From the NCBI GenBank assembly GCA_973895155.1, contig OZ316891.1:6357708-6421707 (forward strand): a stretch of DNA of 64,000 bases, in the 5' to 3' direction. This document shows, in pieces, positions 62,201 through 64,000 of this stretch. The stretch comes from Marsupella aquatica (Eukaryota; Plantae; Marchantiophyta). The position numbers and the translations under genes were made by a program. The number at the start of each line of letters is the position of its first letter. Positions within the stretch are counted from its first letter, which is position 1. The notes below the pieces were generated by a model, which was not told where the DNA came from, made no database searches, and saw only the letters and a program-made list of their open reading frames with translations.

Positions 62201-64000
62201 GAAAACCTAATTTCACCGCAACCCCTTGAAATCCGAGACTCTTACCGAAAGGCGGTTCGAGTCAAGAGATTCACATCTTCCTTGAAAGCCTTAAAGCCAT
62301 CTTTCCCTCCGGCATAAGCTCCATATTTCAGCTTTTTTTCAATCACCAACAGATCCAGGGCCTTTGCTTGGACTGACGTAGCTCCGTTGCCATCAGTTGC
62401 GACAATATGAGCCTACAGCCAACCAAAACATGATCCGTAAGACAAACCACTCTCGTTAAAGAACAAACTTTAGTGGAGCTGCAAAACGAGCTCATTAGAA
62501 TTAAGGAAAACAAAGATGCTCCAATCAGGACCCAGTAGGCTTGTAGCAGTGCCCTTCGACTTGAGCTCTTCTGCAAAATTTGCCTCTTTTTCCACTTGTG
62601 AAATGTAATTCACATTATTGAAACTAATATCACAGAGTTGATGTCCAAAAGAAGAAAAGAATGGAAGAGAAACACGAACACACCGGCTGGAAACATTTGT
62701 TGTTGTCAGCCTCCATCATCACTCTCAGTATCAGCCTCATTTCTTTCTCCAGAGTTTTATCTCCTTCAAACAAACTTGAAATCGTACTCCTTGGTGGATG
62801 CTCCACTTTGACACTCGTGCTGGAATGCTTATCTGAGAGTAATCGTTGACCCCCCGTTACTGGCTTAAACATTCTGTAAGAGGCTTTATCGAGCTTTCTC
62901 AGTAACGATCCGGACGGTGTTTTCCGTTTCAGGTGCGGTAAACGGGAAACACTGTTACCATTCTCCTGTTTGACTGCCTTAATGGATCCATTGACACCAT
63001 TGCTCTTCACGATTGCCCCTCCGTTGTTCAATTTCAAAAGTTTGACTCCATCACTTGAGTGCGTAACTGCAGAGTCTTGAAAAGATTCATTTATGTCAGT
63101 CTCCTCCACCGTGCTCACCACACACGTATAACCATTGGGACTTCTTGCTTTACTCGCACCATCACTGACAGGGTGCATCTCGGATTCAATACCATATCTG
63201 CTTGAGGATTCACGAAGCCTGTGTCTGCTCACCCCAATGACCTTCAAACTTCTAGTCTTCAAATGTTTTGCTTCTCGTTTGCGTGTGAGAGCATCTTTGG
63301 GACTCTGACCATCATATCCGACCCATCTCACATTTGGAAAGCTGTCTCTGAGTTCCTGAATAAGTTCAATAGGCCTTATATCAACGGCGGAGATGGACGG
63401 GCATGCCATCAAGAGGTGTCGTACGGATTCAGGGCTCACGTTGCACCCCTTTAAATTTACGCTCCGAAGCTTCCCAGCTCCAAATCCCTGCTCAACCAAC
63501 AAAGTAAGTCTTCTCATTGAGCATCAAAATTTGATTTCAATAACTAGAAGAGGACGAAATGAAGACAGGAGAGCAACAGAATACAACACGACAATTTAAA
63601 AACCCATTAGCATCAAAGGAATAAGTTGCAACTTCCTAAATTTGAGAAATCACAAATTGAGCAGAACAGAGCAAGTCGCAGTCACAACTCTCCTGACAAT
63701 GAAGGAACGAACAACCACACCAAATCAGCATCTACTTCAAGAAATCTATATGCCAAATAAGATTAGGGTTTAAACTTACTGGCAAAGATTCAAGCACCGC
63801 ATCGAGACTCTGACCGTGCACTGAAGACAGATCAGCTATCTTCAACTGCGTTTTGTATCTCTCACCAACAGCCAACCATGACTTGCATGTCGCCATTGCA
63901 TTTACTAGTGTCTTTAGATCACCCCGTAAGGAGCGGAATACGGAGCATAAAATGCTGGGCTTTAAAGCAGCCCAATTCTGTTCCTGAGCTTTGTCTTCGA
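56262..64000 (-). CDS. ATXR3: Histone H3K4 trimethyltransferase SDG2/ATXR3, 3' portion (multi-exon; 5' end outside window)
   Basis: Exon peptides: [35 protein letters not shown]|GLGVVCNK...FVVEFFGE|[19 protein letters not shown]...[10 protein letters not shown]|[34 protein letters not shown]|...[13 protein letters not shown]|[75 protein letters not shown]...PWDEQ* (stop 56262-56264). Confidence 0.95.

Overview
Eukaryotic land-plant nuclear DNA, most likely a non-seed plant such as a bryophyte (inferred from the long microsatellite-rich leaders and gene content, not proven). Five spliced host genes: an MTH1/NUDT1-type 8-oxo-dGTPase (-), a long acidic protein with a C-terminal J-like HPD domain (+), a class III peroxidase fused to a ~290-aa Ser-Pro(3-4) tail (-), a conserved plant protein of unknown function with a C-terminal membrane anchor (+), and the 3' part of the H3K4 methyltransferase SDG2/ATXR3 (-, runs off the window). 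Between them are a decayed full-length Ty1/copia element (LTRs, TSD, PBS and PPT visible) apparently nested in a non-autonomous Helitron, a small second Helitron-like element, a solo LTR, a hAT-like fossil and many minisatellites. The most interesting locus is the peroxidase: extensin-like tail, distal Phe->Ala change, and a near-perfect miR408-complementary site 83-103 nt upstream of its ATG. Exon boundaries were read by eye and may be off by a few bases.
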